From: an uncultured delta proteobacterium
Lineage (GTDB): Bacteria > Desulfobacterota > RBG-13-43-22
DNA length: 64,000 nt
Reading direction: 5' to 3'
Assembly: GCA_963790475.1 (NCBI GenBank)
Contig: CAWBOS010000015.1
Coordinates: forward strand, 578,369 to 642,368
Numbering within the stretch: the stretch's first letter is position 1; every line of letters begins with the position of its first letter. Position numbers and translations under genes: made by a program. The notes beneath the pieces were generated by a model. The model was not told the origin of the DNA. It made no database searches and saw only the letters and a list, made by a program, of their open reading frames with translations. Below are positions 48,029-58,168 of the stretch, in pieces.

Positions 48029-48814
48029 TTATTCAGATTCCTTGGATCGGACCCACAATTTTTCCCATTCCTCAATCGGCAAAAAAGGGACCCCAGAATC
48101 TTTAAACCGGGGATCGTCGGTCATCAGTCGAAAACGTTTTAGAAACTTCTGGATGGTCTTGCGCAGGGCATTTTCGGCCGGGATTTCCAAAAACCGTCCC
48201 AGATTCACCAGGGCAAACAACAGATCCCCCAATTCTTCCCTGGCCGACGGCAGATTATTTTCCTGGATGGCTTCTTCCAATTCCCTGAATTCCTCCCGGA
48301 CTTTTTCCAAGACCCCTTTCATATCCGGCCAATCAAATCCCAGGCCGGCTGCCCTTTGTGATATCCGATGGGCCTTCAGCAGAGCCGGCAAATTCACTGG
48401 GATAGAATCAAAGGGATCCCGCCCTTTTTTCTCCTCAGCCTTGATATCCTGCCAGCCCTGAACCACCTGCTCGGCATTTTCCCAATTTTTGTTGCCAAAA
48501 ACATGAGGATGACGGCGGATCATTTTCCGATAGATGGTGTTCATCACCTGGGTTAGATCAAAGACCCCCTGTTCCTCATAGAGTTGGCTGAGAAAAACAA
48601 TTTGAAAGAGAAGGTCGCCCAATTCTTCTTTCACCTCTTCGCCGGCCTTTCGGTCCAGTGCTTCGGCCAACTCATGGGCTTCTTCCAACAGATAGATTTT
48701 AAGGCTGTCAAGGGTCTGTTTCCGGTCCCAGGGGCAACCTCGTTCTCCCCTTAGTCGGGCAATCAAATCCCGCAGATCATCCAGGGTAGTCCGATCGTCA
48801 GGGTTATTGTTCAT
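48029..48814 (-). CDS. mazG: Nucleoside triphosphate pyrophosphohydrolase MazG
   Basis: GCPWDRKQT, EELGDLL twice, RRHPHVF, GFDW. Confidence 0.95.
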   Translation of the reverse strand: MNNNPDDRTTLDDLRDLIARLRGERGCPWDRKQTLDSLKIYLLEEAHELAEALDRKAGEEVKEELGDLLFQIVFLSQLYEEQGVFDLTQVMNTIYRKMIRRHPHVFGNKNWENAEQVVQGWQDIKAEEKKGRDPFDSIPVNLPALLKAHRISQRAAGLGFDWPDMKGVLEKVREEFRELEEAIQENNLPSAREELGDLLFALVNLGRFLEIPAENALRKTIQKFLKRFRLMTDDPRFKDSGVPFLPIEEWEKLWVRSKESE

Positions 48815-49376
48815 CTTCTGGAAGCCTTTGTAATTTTCTTATATTTCGTTTCCTTTCGTCCCAAAAATTTTGCAGTTCTTTTTTCTTGTCGAGAAAATCG
48901 TTCTTAATCTTAAGGGGAACGAAGGAGGCCAATTTTTCGGTAATGGTTAGAATAGATGGGAAAAACCGTGAATTTTCAACCACCGGACCACTTTTGGGAT
49001 AAGAAACCGTCAGGATGGTAACTAAAACAAAAAGGACGACCGCTGCCTTGATCAGGCCGAACAGACCGCCCAATGTCCGATCCAGCCACCCCAACAAGGC
49101 CAGGCGGATCGCCCCTCTGGCTAATATGGCAAAAAAATTGAATAAAAAAATGCAGAGGATAAAAAGAAAAGCAAAACAAAAAAAACTTAAGACAATTTCA
49201 TGGTCGGGGAAATAGCGTTCCAGCCAGAAGGCCAGGTTCTTATAATATAAAGCCGCCAAAAAGAAGCTGGCTATCAAACCCAAAAGGGTAGCCGCCTCTT
49301 GAACGATTCCCCGGAAAAAACCCCGGACAGTCATCAGGGCGACAATGATCAAAATGGCAATATCCAAGAGATTCAT
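48804..49376 (-). CDS. cvpA: CvpA family membrane protein
   Basis: MNLLD..RGFFRG..E, LDRTLGGLFG. Confidence 0.88.
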   Translation of the reverse strand: MNLLDIAILIIVALMTVRGFFRGIVQEAATLLGLIASFFLAALYYKNLAFWLERYFPDHEIVLSFFCFAFLFILCIFLFNFFAILARGAIRLALLGWLDRTLGGLFGLIKAAVVLFVLVTILTVSYPKSGPVVENSRFFPSILTITEKLASFVPLKIKNDFLDKKKELQNFWDERKRNIRKLQRLPEDEQ

Positions 49377-49521
49377 ATTGTTTTGGTAACAGAGGGCCGT
49401 GAAATAGTCAAGTGAATAGAAACAGGGGTAGTGCACCATCAAATCAGGACAGGACCCAAACAGGAAAAAAATAGACCTTCAGGAGAAATATGATATAATT
49501 ATAAAATTTGTATATCCAAAC

Positions 49522-49667
49522 AAGGCTCTTGCAAAACTTAAGATATTAGAATTTTTCGTTTAACCGGTCAGCCGTCTCAACTGACTTCTATTGTTTTCAA
49601 CCTATTGTCAGGTAATCCCGCCATCGGGACTGCCCTATTTAAAAAAATGGAACTTTGCAAGAGGCTC
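49522..49667. mobile_element. Possible third MITE-like remnant (imperfect TIR, GCTCTTGCAAA type)
   Basis: aaggctcttgcaaaact ... aactttgcaagaggctc, about 145 bp. Confidence 0.4.
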
Positions 49668-49702
49668 GAATTTTAAGAATATAGAAAGGCCTTGGAGCAG
49701 AA

Positions 49703-50692
49703 TTGGAAGAAACACAAACCACGGAGCGTATGAGCTTCGAGAATAATCTGTTGGCTCAAAGTTTGTTTGGAGAACATAATCAACACATCCGTTTGGTGGA
49801 ACAAAGGCTTGGTCTAAAGATCTCCACTAAAGGGAATACCCTCCAGGTCCGGGGGGAAGAATCTGACGTCTATTTGGCCCGGAGATTATTTACGGAATTG
49901 TATGGGCTCTTAAAAAAAGATTACCCCCTTTATGACCATGATATTGATTTTGCCTTGCGCTTTCTCAAGGAGAACCCGGAAGCCGGCCTCCAGGAAGTCT
50001 TTTTGGATGCCGTCTATGTCACCTCTCAAAAGCGGATCATTACCCCCAAGACCCAAAACCAGAAAGACTATATTGAGGCCATCCGCAAATTCGATATTGT
50101 TTTCGGGATCGGGCCGGCCGGAACCGGAAAAACCTATTTGGCCATGTCCATGGCCATTTCAGCCTTGATGAAAAACGAGGTGATCCGTATTGTCCTGGCC
50201 CGGCCGGCCGTAGAGGCCGGGGAAAAGCTAGGCTTCCTCCCCGGAGATCTTAATGAAAAAGTGAATCCCTATCTTCGCCCTTTGTATGATGCCTTACACG
50301 ACATGATGAATTTTGAAAAGGCTACCAAACTGATCCAACGGGGGGTTATTGAGGTGGCCCCCCTGGCTTTTATGCGCGGCCGGACCCTTAACGATTCCTT
50401 TGTTATTTTGGATGAAGCCCAAAATACTACCTCCGAGCAGATGAAGATGTTTCTGACCCGTTTGGGTTTCAGCTCCAAGGCCGTAATCACGGGAGACATC
50501 ACTCAGATTGATCTGCCGGAAGGCAAAACATCCGGACTGGTAGAAGCCCGAGAACTCCTGGAAGGGGTCGAGGATATCGCTTTTATCCATTTCGGCAAGC
50601 AAGATGTCATTCGTCATCCCCTGGTCCAAAAAATCATCGAGGCTTATGAGGAATCGGAAGAAAAAAGACGGACCCTGAAGGAACGCACCTAG
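49703..50692 (+). CDS. phoH: PhoH-like ATPase
   Basis: [34 protein letters not shown]. Confidence 0.95.
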   Translation: MEETQTTERMSFENNLLAQSLFGEHNQHIRLVEQRLGLKISTKGNTLQVRGEESDVYLARRLFTELYGLLKKDYPLYDHDIDFALRFLKENPEAGLQEVFLDAVYVTSQKRIITPKTQNQKDYIEAIRKFDIVFGIGPAGTGKTYLAMSMAISALMKNEVIRIVLARPAVEAGEKLGFLPGDLNEKVNPYLRPLYDALHDMMNFEKATKLIQRGVIEVAPLAFMRGRTLNDSFVILDEAQNTTSEQMKMFLTRLGFSSKAVITGDITQIDLPEGKTSGLVEARELLEGVEDIAFIHFGKQDVIRHPLVQKIIEAYEESEEKRRTLKERT

Positions 50693-50706
50693 GCAAGAAA
50701 GACCGC

Positions 50707-53121
50707 ATGGAAAAATCAGAAAAAGAGATTAAAAAAAAGATCTCGAAATTATCCCGTTTAGGGGAAACCAAAAAGGTTTCCATAAAAGAGCATCTCCATA
50801 ATACCTGGCAACATTTTTTTTCACTTCTCGGGGGGAAATTTTTTCTTTTATTTCTACTTAGCCTGTTCATCACCCTGGTCAATGCCCCCAGCCTCTTGAT
50901 TCCCGACATAACCTACCGGGTGGGCGAGGTGCCGTCCTATCCGATCAAGGCCTCTCATGATATTTTAGTTGAAGACCCGGCAGTCACGGAAGAAAAAAGA
51001 CAGGAGGCGAGGGCCTCGGTCTTATCCGTTTATGATTTTGACGATAGGATCAACCAGGATGTGCAAAAAAGAATCCAGCTTGGATTTCAAACCATGAGGG
51101 AGGATTTAAAGAAACCATCTTTCAATCGCGGTGAAAAGGCCGGCGAAGAACACTTAACCTTAAAAAAAATATGGGGAATTGAAATAACCCCGGCTGAATT
51201 CCTCTCTTTGACCCGGGACCGGTTTTCCGAATCCATTGAAAACAGTCTGGTTCAACTGATTCAGTCCGTTATGACCCTTGGGATAGTCAACAGCAAACTG
51301 ACCCTTATGAATGAACAAGGCAAAGGGATTGTAGTTCGGAAAATACCTTCGAACCAGGAATTTCAAATCCGAGAGGTCGAAAGATATCCCGACCTCGATG
51401 AGGCCCGGGATCGACTTGAAAAAAGATCGGCCTATCTCCTGGTCGGCAAGAACAGGGAGTTTCGTCCTCTCGCGGTTGGGTTGGCCCAGAAATTAATCGT
51501 TCCCAATTTGTCTTTCAACGAAACCGAAACTGAAAATCGAATTAACAAAGTCGTTCAGGAGGTCCGGCCCGTCCTTTTTCAGATAAGAAAAGGAGAGGTT
51601 CTCGTTCGAGAGGGAGAAATGATTACCGAAGCCAATCTGAGTAAAATTAGGTTGGCTACTCAAAGTAAAAAGGGGGCGGAGGTCCTTTGGAATTCCTTGG
51701 GATTGGCCTTGATCTGGGGTTTGTTCGTTTATATGCTCTATCAGACAGCCATAAGAAGGGGATTCTTCTTAAGCGGCAATCTGCGGAATCTGATCTTTTT
51801 ATCCTCCCTTTTGGCCCTTTCACTTCTCACCCTCCGATCCGCCGATTATCTGGCTCAGATTTTAGCCTCTGACCTATCCAGGATCCAGCCCCAGAGTATC
51901 CTCCTGATCTTACCGATTGCGGCCGCTCCGATGATGATCAGTATGGTCTTGGGACCTCTGCCGGCACTCCTGTTCGGTTTGGTTCAGGCCTTTTTAGCGG
52001 TCACCATCTGGGAAGGAAATCCTGAACTGGCCCTTTATTTTGCCATTGCCGGGCTGTTCTCTTCCATGGCGGGGAGGACCTGTCATAATCGCTGGGATTT
52101 GTTTCGGATGGGTTTTTCCCTTGGGCTTATCAATATGGCCACCATACTGGCCTTTCAGATGATGCAAGGAAGGTTGATCCATTGGGAGAGCCCGCTAAAC
52201 TTATTTTTCGGTTTTCTGGGGGGGATTTTTGCCGGGATAATTGTCACCGGATTCAGCCCCCTGATTGAAAAAATATTCGGCTTCACGACCGACATGAAAC
52301 TTCTGGAAAGGGCCAATATGGACCAGCCCCTGTTACGGGAACTCATGGTCCAGGCGCCGGGCACTTATCATCACAGCATCATTGTCGGAAACATGGTGGA
52401 AGCGGCTGCCGAAGCGATCGGGGCCAATGCCCTACTGGCCCGGGTGAGCGCCTACTATCATGATATCGGCAAAATCCAAAAACCTCTTTATTTTATCGAA
52501 AACCAGATGGGTTACGAGAACAAACATGAGAAGCTGGCCCCTTCCATGAGCAGTTTGATCCTGATCGCCCACGTCAAAGATGGAGTGGAAATGGCCCTCC
52601 AAGAGAAACTAGAGGCCCCCATTGTAGAAATTATAAGCCAGCATCACGGGACGAGTCTCATCTCCTTCTTTTATCAAAAAGCCCTGGAAATAAAAGGAGG
52701 GGATGCGAGCCAAGTATCGATGGAGGATTTCCGGTATCCCGGACCAAAACCCCAGACCCGGGAAGCCGGGCTGGTTTTGTTGGCCGATTCCATAGAGGCC
52801 GCCTCGAGAACCCTGGTCGATCCCACTCCGGCCCGGATCCAGGGTCTGGTACAAAGAATTATCCAGAATGCCTTTTCCGACGGCCAATTGGATGAATGTG
52901 ATTTGACCCTGAAAGATCTGTCCTTAATCTCAACCAGTTTCACAAAAGTTCTTACCGGGATCTTCCACCACCGGATCGAATATCCTGAGACCAACCCAAA
53001 AGGGGGGACGGGTAGGAAAAAGACCAATGGAGATTCAGATAAACAATCGGCAGAACCTGATAGACCCGGCCGAAATTCGGGAAATCTGCCTGCGGACAGC
53101 GAAGTCCTGGGAAATTTCTAA
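50707..53121 (+). CDS. 7TM-HD phosphohydrolase (PgpH/YqfF-like)
   Basis: Extracellular domain, 7TM region, APGTYHHS, YYHDIGK, QHHGT, LADS. Confidence 0.9.
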   Translation: MEKSEKEIKKKISKLSRLGETKKVSIKEHLHNTWQHFFSLLGGKFFLLFLLSLFITLVNAPSLLIPDITYRVGEVPSYPIKASHDILVEDPAVTEEKRQEARASVLSVYDFDDRINQDVQKRIQLGFQTMREDLKKPSFNRGEKAGEEHLTLKKIWGIEITPAEFLSLTRDRFSESIENSLVQLIQSVMTLGIVNSKLTLMNEQGKGIVVRKIPSNQEFQIREVERYPDLDEARDRLEKRSAYLLVGKNREFRPLAVGLAQKLIVPNLSFNETETENRINKVVQEVRPVLFQIRKGEVLVREGEMITEANLSKIRLATQSKKGAEVLWNSLGLALIWGLFVYMLYQTAIRRGFFLSGNLRNLIFLSSLLALSLLTLRSADYLAQILASDLSRIQPQSILLILPIAAAPMMISMVLGPLPALLFGLVQAFLAVTIWEGNPELALYFAIAGLFSSMAGRTCHNRWDLFRMGFSLGLINMATILAFQMMQGRLIHWESPLNLFFGFLGGIFAGIIVTGFSPLIEKIFGFTTDMKLLERANMDQPLLRELMVQAPGTYHHSIIVGNMVEAAAEAIGANALLARVSAYYHDIGKIQKPLYFIENQMGYENKHEKLAPSMSSLILIAHVKDGVEMALQEKLEAPIVEIISQHHGTSLISFFYQKALEIKGGDASQVSMEDFRYPGPKPQTREAGLVLLADSIEAASRTLVDPTPARIQGLVQRIIQNAFSDGQLDECDLTLKDLSLISTSFTKVLTGIFHHRIEYPETNPKGGTGRKKTNGDSDKQSAEPDRPGRNSGNLPADSEVLGNF

Positions 53122-54202
53122 AGGGGAAGTCAGCCTGCTGGCCGTCGAGGACCGGGAGATGGCCGGGTATAACAGGGACTATCTCGGTCGGAAGGGTCCG
53201 ACCAATGTCCTGGCCTTCCCCATGCGAGAAGGCCTGTTTTCGGAAATCAATCCCCATCTTTGGGGGGACGTGGTTATTTCCACGGAAACCGCCGGCCGAG
53301 AGGCCCGGGAGGCGGGGATAACGCCCGGCGAACGATTTCAATTCTTGCTGATTCATGGATTATTACATTTAACCGGCTATGACCATGAAGTCTCGGAATC
53401 GGAGGCCCGGCGAATGGAAATCAAGACTGAAGAAATCATGGCCCGTATTGAAGCCGATAAAAAGGAGGAAAGAAGGATGCAGATACCGCGTTTGGCCGTT
53501 AATGTGGATCACATTGCCACTGTTCGCCAGGCCAGAAAGATCAATGAGCCCGATCCCGTGATTGCCGCCGGTCTGGCCGAACTGGCCGGAGCCGAAGGGA
53601 TCATCATCCACCTGCGTGAAGATCGAAGGCATATTCAAGATCGCGATCTTTTTATATTGAAAGAGACTATAAAAACCAAATTAAACCTGGAAATGGCCGC
53701 AGCGGAAGAAATCATTCGGATTGCCCTTAGAGTCCGCCCCCACCTGGTCACCCTGGTACCCGAGAACAGGCAGGAATTGACTACCGAAGGGGGGCTTGAT
53801 GTCCGGAAGCAGCAAAAAGGGCTAAGGGAAACAATTAAACGATTGCACAAAGGCAAGATGGCCGTCAGCCTGTTCGTGGATGCGGATCCGGGGCAGATCC
53901 GGGCGGCCAAGGAAGCGGGAGCCGATATCATCGAATTACACACCGGCCATTATGCCGATGCCAAAAACGAAAAAGAGGCCTTGCAACTCTTTGAACGCAT
54001 TGTAACCGGAGCACAACTGGGCATCCAACTGGGTTTGAAAGTCAGCGCCGGTCACGGGCTCAATTACATCAATATCAAAAGGTTTCAGGGGCTGGAAGAA
54101 ATCGAGGAGTACAGCATCGGGCATAGTATCATCGCTCGGGCCGTTTATGTAGGGCTGGATCAAGCCGTGCGCGAGATGGTGGCTCTGGTGGAGCAATTAT
54201 AA
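53027..54202 (+). CDS. ybeY-pdxJ: YbeY (rRNA maturation endonuclease)-PdxJ (pyridoxine 5'-phosphate synthase) in one reading frame
   Basis: aa 1-150: PTNVLAFP, GDVVIS, HGLLHLTGYDH; from M151 (53477): VNVDHIAT, HLREDRRHIQ, ELTTEGGL, AGHGL, IGHSII. Confidence 0.9.
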   Translation: MEIQINNRQNLIDPAEIREICLRTAKSWEISKGEVSLLAVEDREMAGYNRDYLGRKGPTNVLAFPMREGLFSEINPHLWGDVVISTETAGREAREAGITPGERFQFLLIHGLLHLTGYDHEVSESEARRMEIKTEEIMARIEADKKEERRMQIPRLAVNVDHIATVRQARKINEPDPVIAAGLAELAGAEGIIIHLREDRRHIQDRDLFILKETIKTKLNLEMAAAEEIIRIALRVRPHLVTLVPENRQELTTEGGLDVRKQQKGLRETIKRLHKGKMAVSLFVDADPGQIRAAKEAGADIIELHTGHYADAKNEKEALQLFERIVTGAQLGIQLGLKVSAGHGLNYINIKRFQGLEEIEEYSIGHSIIARAVYVGLDQAVREMVALVEQL

Positions 54203-54252
54203 TAAATTCATAAGAGCTGAAGACCGGCCAATATTTATCATTTAATTAATAT

Positions 54253-54398
54253 TGAGGAACCTATAAAAAGTCGTCACCCCGGCGAAAGCCGGGGTCCAGG
54301 GAAAATTATAACTACTTTAAACTACTTTAAAAGACTAGATTCCGGCTTTCGCCGGAATGACGTGATTTGAGTTTTGGCGACTTTTTAAGAATCCGTCA
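54253..54398. mobile_element. MITE-like element, family A
   Basis: tgaggaacctataaaaagtcgtcaccccggcgaaagccggggtccag...cgactttttaagaatccgtca; internal ACTACTTTAA duplication. Confidence 0.72.
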
Positions 54399-54426
54399 AT
54401 TTTGATACTATCCGGATTGTCCTTCT

Positions 54427-55134
54427 TCAGGAAGAATCGTTTTGGGATAACACCCCTTTGTCCAAATAAATCAATTTGCGGGCGGTTTGGGCGGCCCGGG
54501 GATCATGGGTGACCATGATGATGGTCTTCCCAAACTCCTGATTCAATCCTTCCATTAAACCCAAAATTTCCCTGGCCGAGTTTTTATCCAGATCTCCGGT
54601 CGGTTCATCGGCGACGATGATCGTCGGGTCGGTGATGACCGCCCTGGCTATGGCTACCCGCTGCTGCTGTCCTCCGGAGAGCTCTTTGGGATAGTGGTCC
54701 ATCCGATCGGCCAGTCCGACTACCTTTAAGGCCGTTTCCACATGCCGGCGGCGTTCCTGCCGGGATAAAGAGGTCAACAGCAAAGGGAGTTCTATATTTT
54801 CATAAGCCGTCAATACCGGCAGGAGGTTATAGAACTGAAAGATAAAACCGATGTTGCCGGACCGCCAGCGGGCCAGATCCATTTCCTTTAGAGCGGCAAT
54901 ATCAGTCCCGGCAATACGAATCGTCCCTTGATCGGCCTGGTCGATTCCGGCGATCAAATTAAGCAGGGTTGTTTTCCCGGAACCGGAAGGTCCCATCAGG
55001 GCGATAAATTCCCCTTCCGGGATATCCAGGGAAATGTCCTGCAAGACCGGAATTTGCTGATTACCCCGATAATAGGATTTGAAAAGGTTTTTTATCTCAA
55101 CCAGTGGATGACCATCAGCGTCCTGTTGATTCAT
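54427..55134 (-). CDS. ABC transporter ATP-binding protein (LolD/MacB-like)
   Basis: [31 protein letters not shown]; start overlaps the nth stop. Confidence 0.92.
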   Translation of the reverse strand: MNQQDADGHPLVEIKNLFKSYYRGNQQIPVLQDISLDIPEGEFIALMGPSGSGKTTLLNLIAGIDQADQGTIRIAGTDIAALKEMDLARWRSGNIGFIFQFYNLLPVLTAYENIELPLLLTSLSRQERRRHVETALKVVGLADRMDHYPKELSGGQQQRVAIARAVITDPTIIVADEPTGDLDKNSAREILGLMEGLNQEFGKTIIMVTHDPRAAQTARKLIYLDKGVLSQNDSS

Positions 55135-55817
55135 GACCTTACAACTTTCTGAGAGTTCGCTTCCAAGCTTCCGAAATCGCAATAAGGCCGCAGGAAACAG
55201 GAAGGGCATTTCGGAGACCGGGCCGTACAAAGACTTCGGCCGTGTTCGATCATCTGGTGGGAAAAATTAGTCCATTGGTTTTCGGGAATCAAAGGCATCA
55301 AAGCGAATTCGATTTTGACCGGATCCTTTTCGTGGGTCAGACCCAGGCGTTGGGCAATTCGGCTCACATGGGTATCGACCACGATGCCCGGGATACCGAA
55401 AGCATTGCCCAGGACCACATTGGCGGTTTTACGGCCGATGCCCGGCAGGGCCACCAGTTCTTCCATGGTCTGCGGGACCTTCCCCGAATGTCGTTTGATC
55501 AACTCTCGGCAACACCCTTGAATACTTTTGGCCTTGTTATGGAAAAAGCCCGTAGGTCGGATATCTTCTTCAAGCTCGGCCAGGGGGGCCTGGGCATAAT
55601 CCTGAGGGGTTTTATATTTTTTGAAAAGGGTCTTGGTCACCTCATTGACCCGCTTGTCCGTACATTGGGCCGAAAGGATGGTGGCGATAAGGATTTCCAA
55701 AGAATTTTGAAAATACAGGGCCGTATGCGCCTGCGGATAGGCTTGGCTGAGGCCTTTAAGGATATGAACCACTTTTTCGTTGAGGGTCATAAACTTCCCT
55801 GTTTTTATTTTTTTCAT
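55131..55817 (-). CDS. nth: Endonuclease III
   Basis: LSAQCTD, LPGIGRKTAN, VDTHV, C-X6-C-X2-C-X5-C. Confidence 0.95.
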   Translation of the reverse strand: MKKIKTGKFMTLNEKVVHILKGLSQAYPQAHTALYFQNSLEILIATILSAQCTDKRVNEVTKTLFKKYKTPQDYAQAPLAELEEDIRPTGFFHNKAKSIQGCCRELIKRHSGKVPQTMEELVALPGIGRKTANVVLGNAFGIPGIVVDTHVSRIAQRLGLTHEKDPVKIEFALMPLIPENQWTNFSHQMIEHGRSLCTARSPKCPSCFLRPYCDFGSLEANSQKVVRS

Positions 55818-56018
55818 TTTTGGATTTCCCCCCAGGATACGATGAATTCAAAATTCATTATAACATGAAACCATCCTTGAAATCTCTCCCTTTTTATCAA
55901 TCAATAATTGAGAACAACTTTTCAAAAAGGGCATAAAATAAATTGGGGAATCCTCTTATTCATGAGGATTTTGGTTTGCACATAAAATTTCTATAAAGAC
56001 AGAGCAAAAATCAGGGTT

Positions 56019-57389
56019 CTAACGGTCCAAATTCCGGGTTTCACTTTTACAAAAGGAAATAATGAAATCTTCCAGGAGAAATGATGGGGTGGCCCCGCTT
56101 GTTTTGAGCTTTCGATCGGCCTCATGAAGGGTTTCCAAGGCTAGAACCAGACGTGACAGGGAAAAGTTTTGGGACGTCTTTAGAGTGTTGAATAAGACGA
56201 AGGGGTGGACCTTCGACAAAGTTTCCGGCAGAGGGCCCTGTTTTAATTGGGGCAGGACTTTGGCCGAAAATGCTCCAAAGTCGTGCCAACTCCGGGCAGA
56301 AACCCCTGAGATTGCCTCCAAGAATTCTCGGGCTACTAACAACCGGCGTAAGGTATTGGTAATGCCGGCCAGGATTTGTAAAGGATTATATCCTTGTTCC
56401 CAGAGTTGGTTGAGTTTTCGAAGGGCTTCCGCTAACTTCCGTTCCCCCATGACGGTAGTCAATTCATACAGAGGTTCCTCGCGAAAAGCCCCCACGACTT
56501 CGGCAATATCCTTAGGCAGGATCTGTTTTCGATCCCCGGTATAGGCGACCAATTTTTGAATTTCCATTTCCAAAAGATAGGTCTCGGGACCGACTCGCTC
56601 CAATAATAGAGCTTCAGCCTGAGGAAGAATGGTTTTCCCCTCTCGCCCAAGCCGTGTTCTCAAGAAACCTTTCAAGGTGGTTGTCTGTTCCCCTTTTTTC
56701 CCCTGTCTTAATGCCAGATTAATGACCACGCCGTGTTCAGCTATGGATTTAATGATTTTTTTTGAACCGGGAGGGCCTTCCAAGGTCAGGACCAGGATAT
56801 GACCTTTAGGGAACCCCAGCCGAATGGCCGATTCCAGGAGATCATCGGGATTCAGGGTTACGGATTCTTCAGGAATTTGATTACTCAGGTAGAGGAGGGC
56901 TTCTTTGCACCAGCCGGGTATAGGACCCTCCATTTCCGGGAAAAATTTTTCTTTTAGGACTTCCTCTAGCGCATTTCCCTTTTCAATTAAATCCAGGGAA
57001 ATCCCGCCGTTTTGTAACAAGGTTCGGAGTAAGCGGGTGCAGCGTCCCGACTGCCCTTTTTGCCAGGCTTCTTCCGCCTTTTTTAAAAGCCGATCCTCGC
57101 TGCCGGCAGAAAAAATCTGCATCGGATTTTTGACCGAGACCACTTTACGTCCCGGAAAAAAAGGAAAGGTTTGGAGTCGTTCCAGGATGGATCGGATATC
57201 TTCTTTTTCTCCGTCAACGATTTCCAGGTTAAAAGATCGCTGTTCTTGAGGGATCAACCGGCCAATCAGTTGCTCGTGGACATCATTAGAGAGGTAGGAG
57301 TCGCCGGCGATAAGATAGATGGGAGCAGGCCGGCCTTTCTCTGCTTGTTCCAGGATCTTGGAAATGTCTTTATAAGAATAGGTGGGCAT
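56019..57389 (-). CDS. holA: DNA polymerase III delta subunit (long form)
   Basis: PIYLIAG, FN..DG, PFF.GRKVV, EIQKL..Y, D.KLKTS. Confidence 0.8.
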   Translation of the reverse strand: MPTYSYKDISKILEQAEKGRPAPIYLIAGDSYLSNDVHEQLIGRLIPQEQRSFNLEIVDGEKEDIRSILERLQTFPFFPGRKVVSVKNPMQIFSAGSEDRLLKKAEEAWQKGQSGRCTRLLRTLLQNGGISLDLIEKGNALEEVLKEKFFPEMEGPIPGWCKEALLYLSNQIPEESVTLNPDDLLESAIRLGFPKGHILVLTLEGPPGSKKIIKSIAEHGVVINLALRQGKKGEQTTTLKGFLRTRLGREGKTILPQAEALLLERVGPETYLLEMEIQKLVAYTGDRKQILPKDIAEVVGAFREEPLYELTTVMGERKLAEALRKLNQLWEQGYNPLQILAGITNTLRRLLVAREFLEAISGVSARSWHDFGAFSAKVLPQLKQGPLPETLSKVHPFVLFNTLKTSQNFSLSRLVLALETLHEADRKLKTSGATPSFLLEDFIISFCKSETRNLDR

Positions 57390-57432
57390 CTTAATTGTTA
57401 AATATGTTAAAGGAAAATGAAAGGATTGAACC

Positions 57433-57460
57433 AAAAAAAAGGCCCCCTTCGGGGCCTTTT
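57433..57460 (-). terminator. Intrinsic terminator after dodecin
   Basis: A8-GGCCCC-cttc-GGGGCC-TTTT. Confidence 0.75.
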
Positions 57461-57482
57461 CGCATTTCTATGCCAACCCCTA

Positions 57483-57692
57483 TTAAGGTTCTAAAAGAAA
57501 AATTACTTCCATCCGGACCCGATATTCAATTATCTTGTTGTTTTCCACAGCGACTCGTTGTTCAATAATTTTAATGCCGGTGATCCCCCGCAAGGTCTTG
57601 GAAGCCCTTTTGAAACCCTGGGAAATCGCATCTTCAAAACTCTTTGGTGAAGCAGCGATAATCTCTGTTACTCTGGCAACTCGGGCGGCCAT
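57483..57692 (-). CDS. Dodecin family flavin-binding protein
   Basis: VARVTEI.A.S..SFEDAI..G..RA.KTLRGI..EYRV. Confidence 0.9.
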   Translation of the reverse strand: MAARVARVTEIIAASPKSFEDAISQGFKRASKTLRGITGIKIIEQRVAVENNKIIEYRVRMEVIFLLEP

Positions 57693-57908
57693 ACAATCAC
57701 CTCCTTTCTGTGTCTAAAATAGAAAGTCTATTTCTCTCCACAGATTGGATTAGGCGCATTCTTTTGAAAGGCTTTGCCGAATGCGAGTTAATAAAGAAAA
57801 TTATTATATTTTATGGGAAAAACGTATCATAACCAGGAGTGGTTGGCAAGAAGAAAAAAATCAATTAATTCTTGACTTTTCTTTCTAAAGCAAGATATTA
57901 TTTTAAAA

Positions 57909-58157
57909 TTGGAAAAATTATATGAGAGCCCTATGGAGAGGCAAGTGTTTGAAATATTAGAGGAAAAAATTGATCAGGCCATGAAGAAGATGGAAGCTCT
58001 ATCTTTGGAAAACCTGGAACTAAAACGGAAAATTCAGGAAAAAGAGAGTATTATGCAAGACGCCCAAAGGCATCTGGATGCTCTGGAGGAAGAAAAAGAG
58101 CTTATTAAAGGTAAGATCGACGGGATATTACAAAAAATAAACCGGGTATTAGGATAA
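57909..58157 (+). CDS. zapB: Cell division protein ZapB-like coiled coil
   Basis: LEEKIDQA..LENLEL..I..KID.IL; directly upstream of zapA. Confidence 0.75.
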   Translation: MEKLYESPMERQVFEILEEKIDQAMKKMEALSLENLELKRKIQEKESIMQDAQRHLDALEEEKELIKGKIDGILQKINRVLG

Positions 58158-58168
58158 TTATATAGAAC

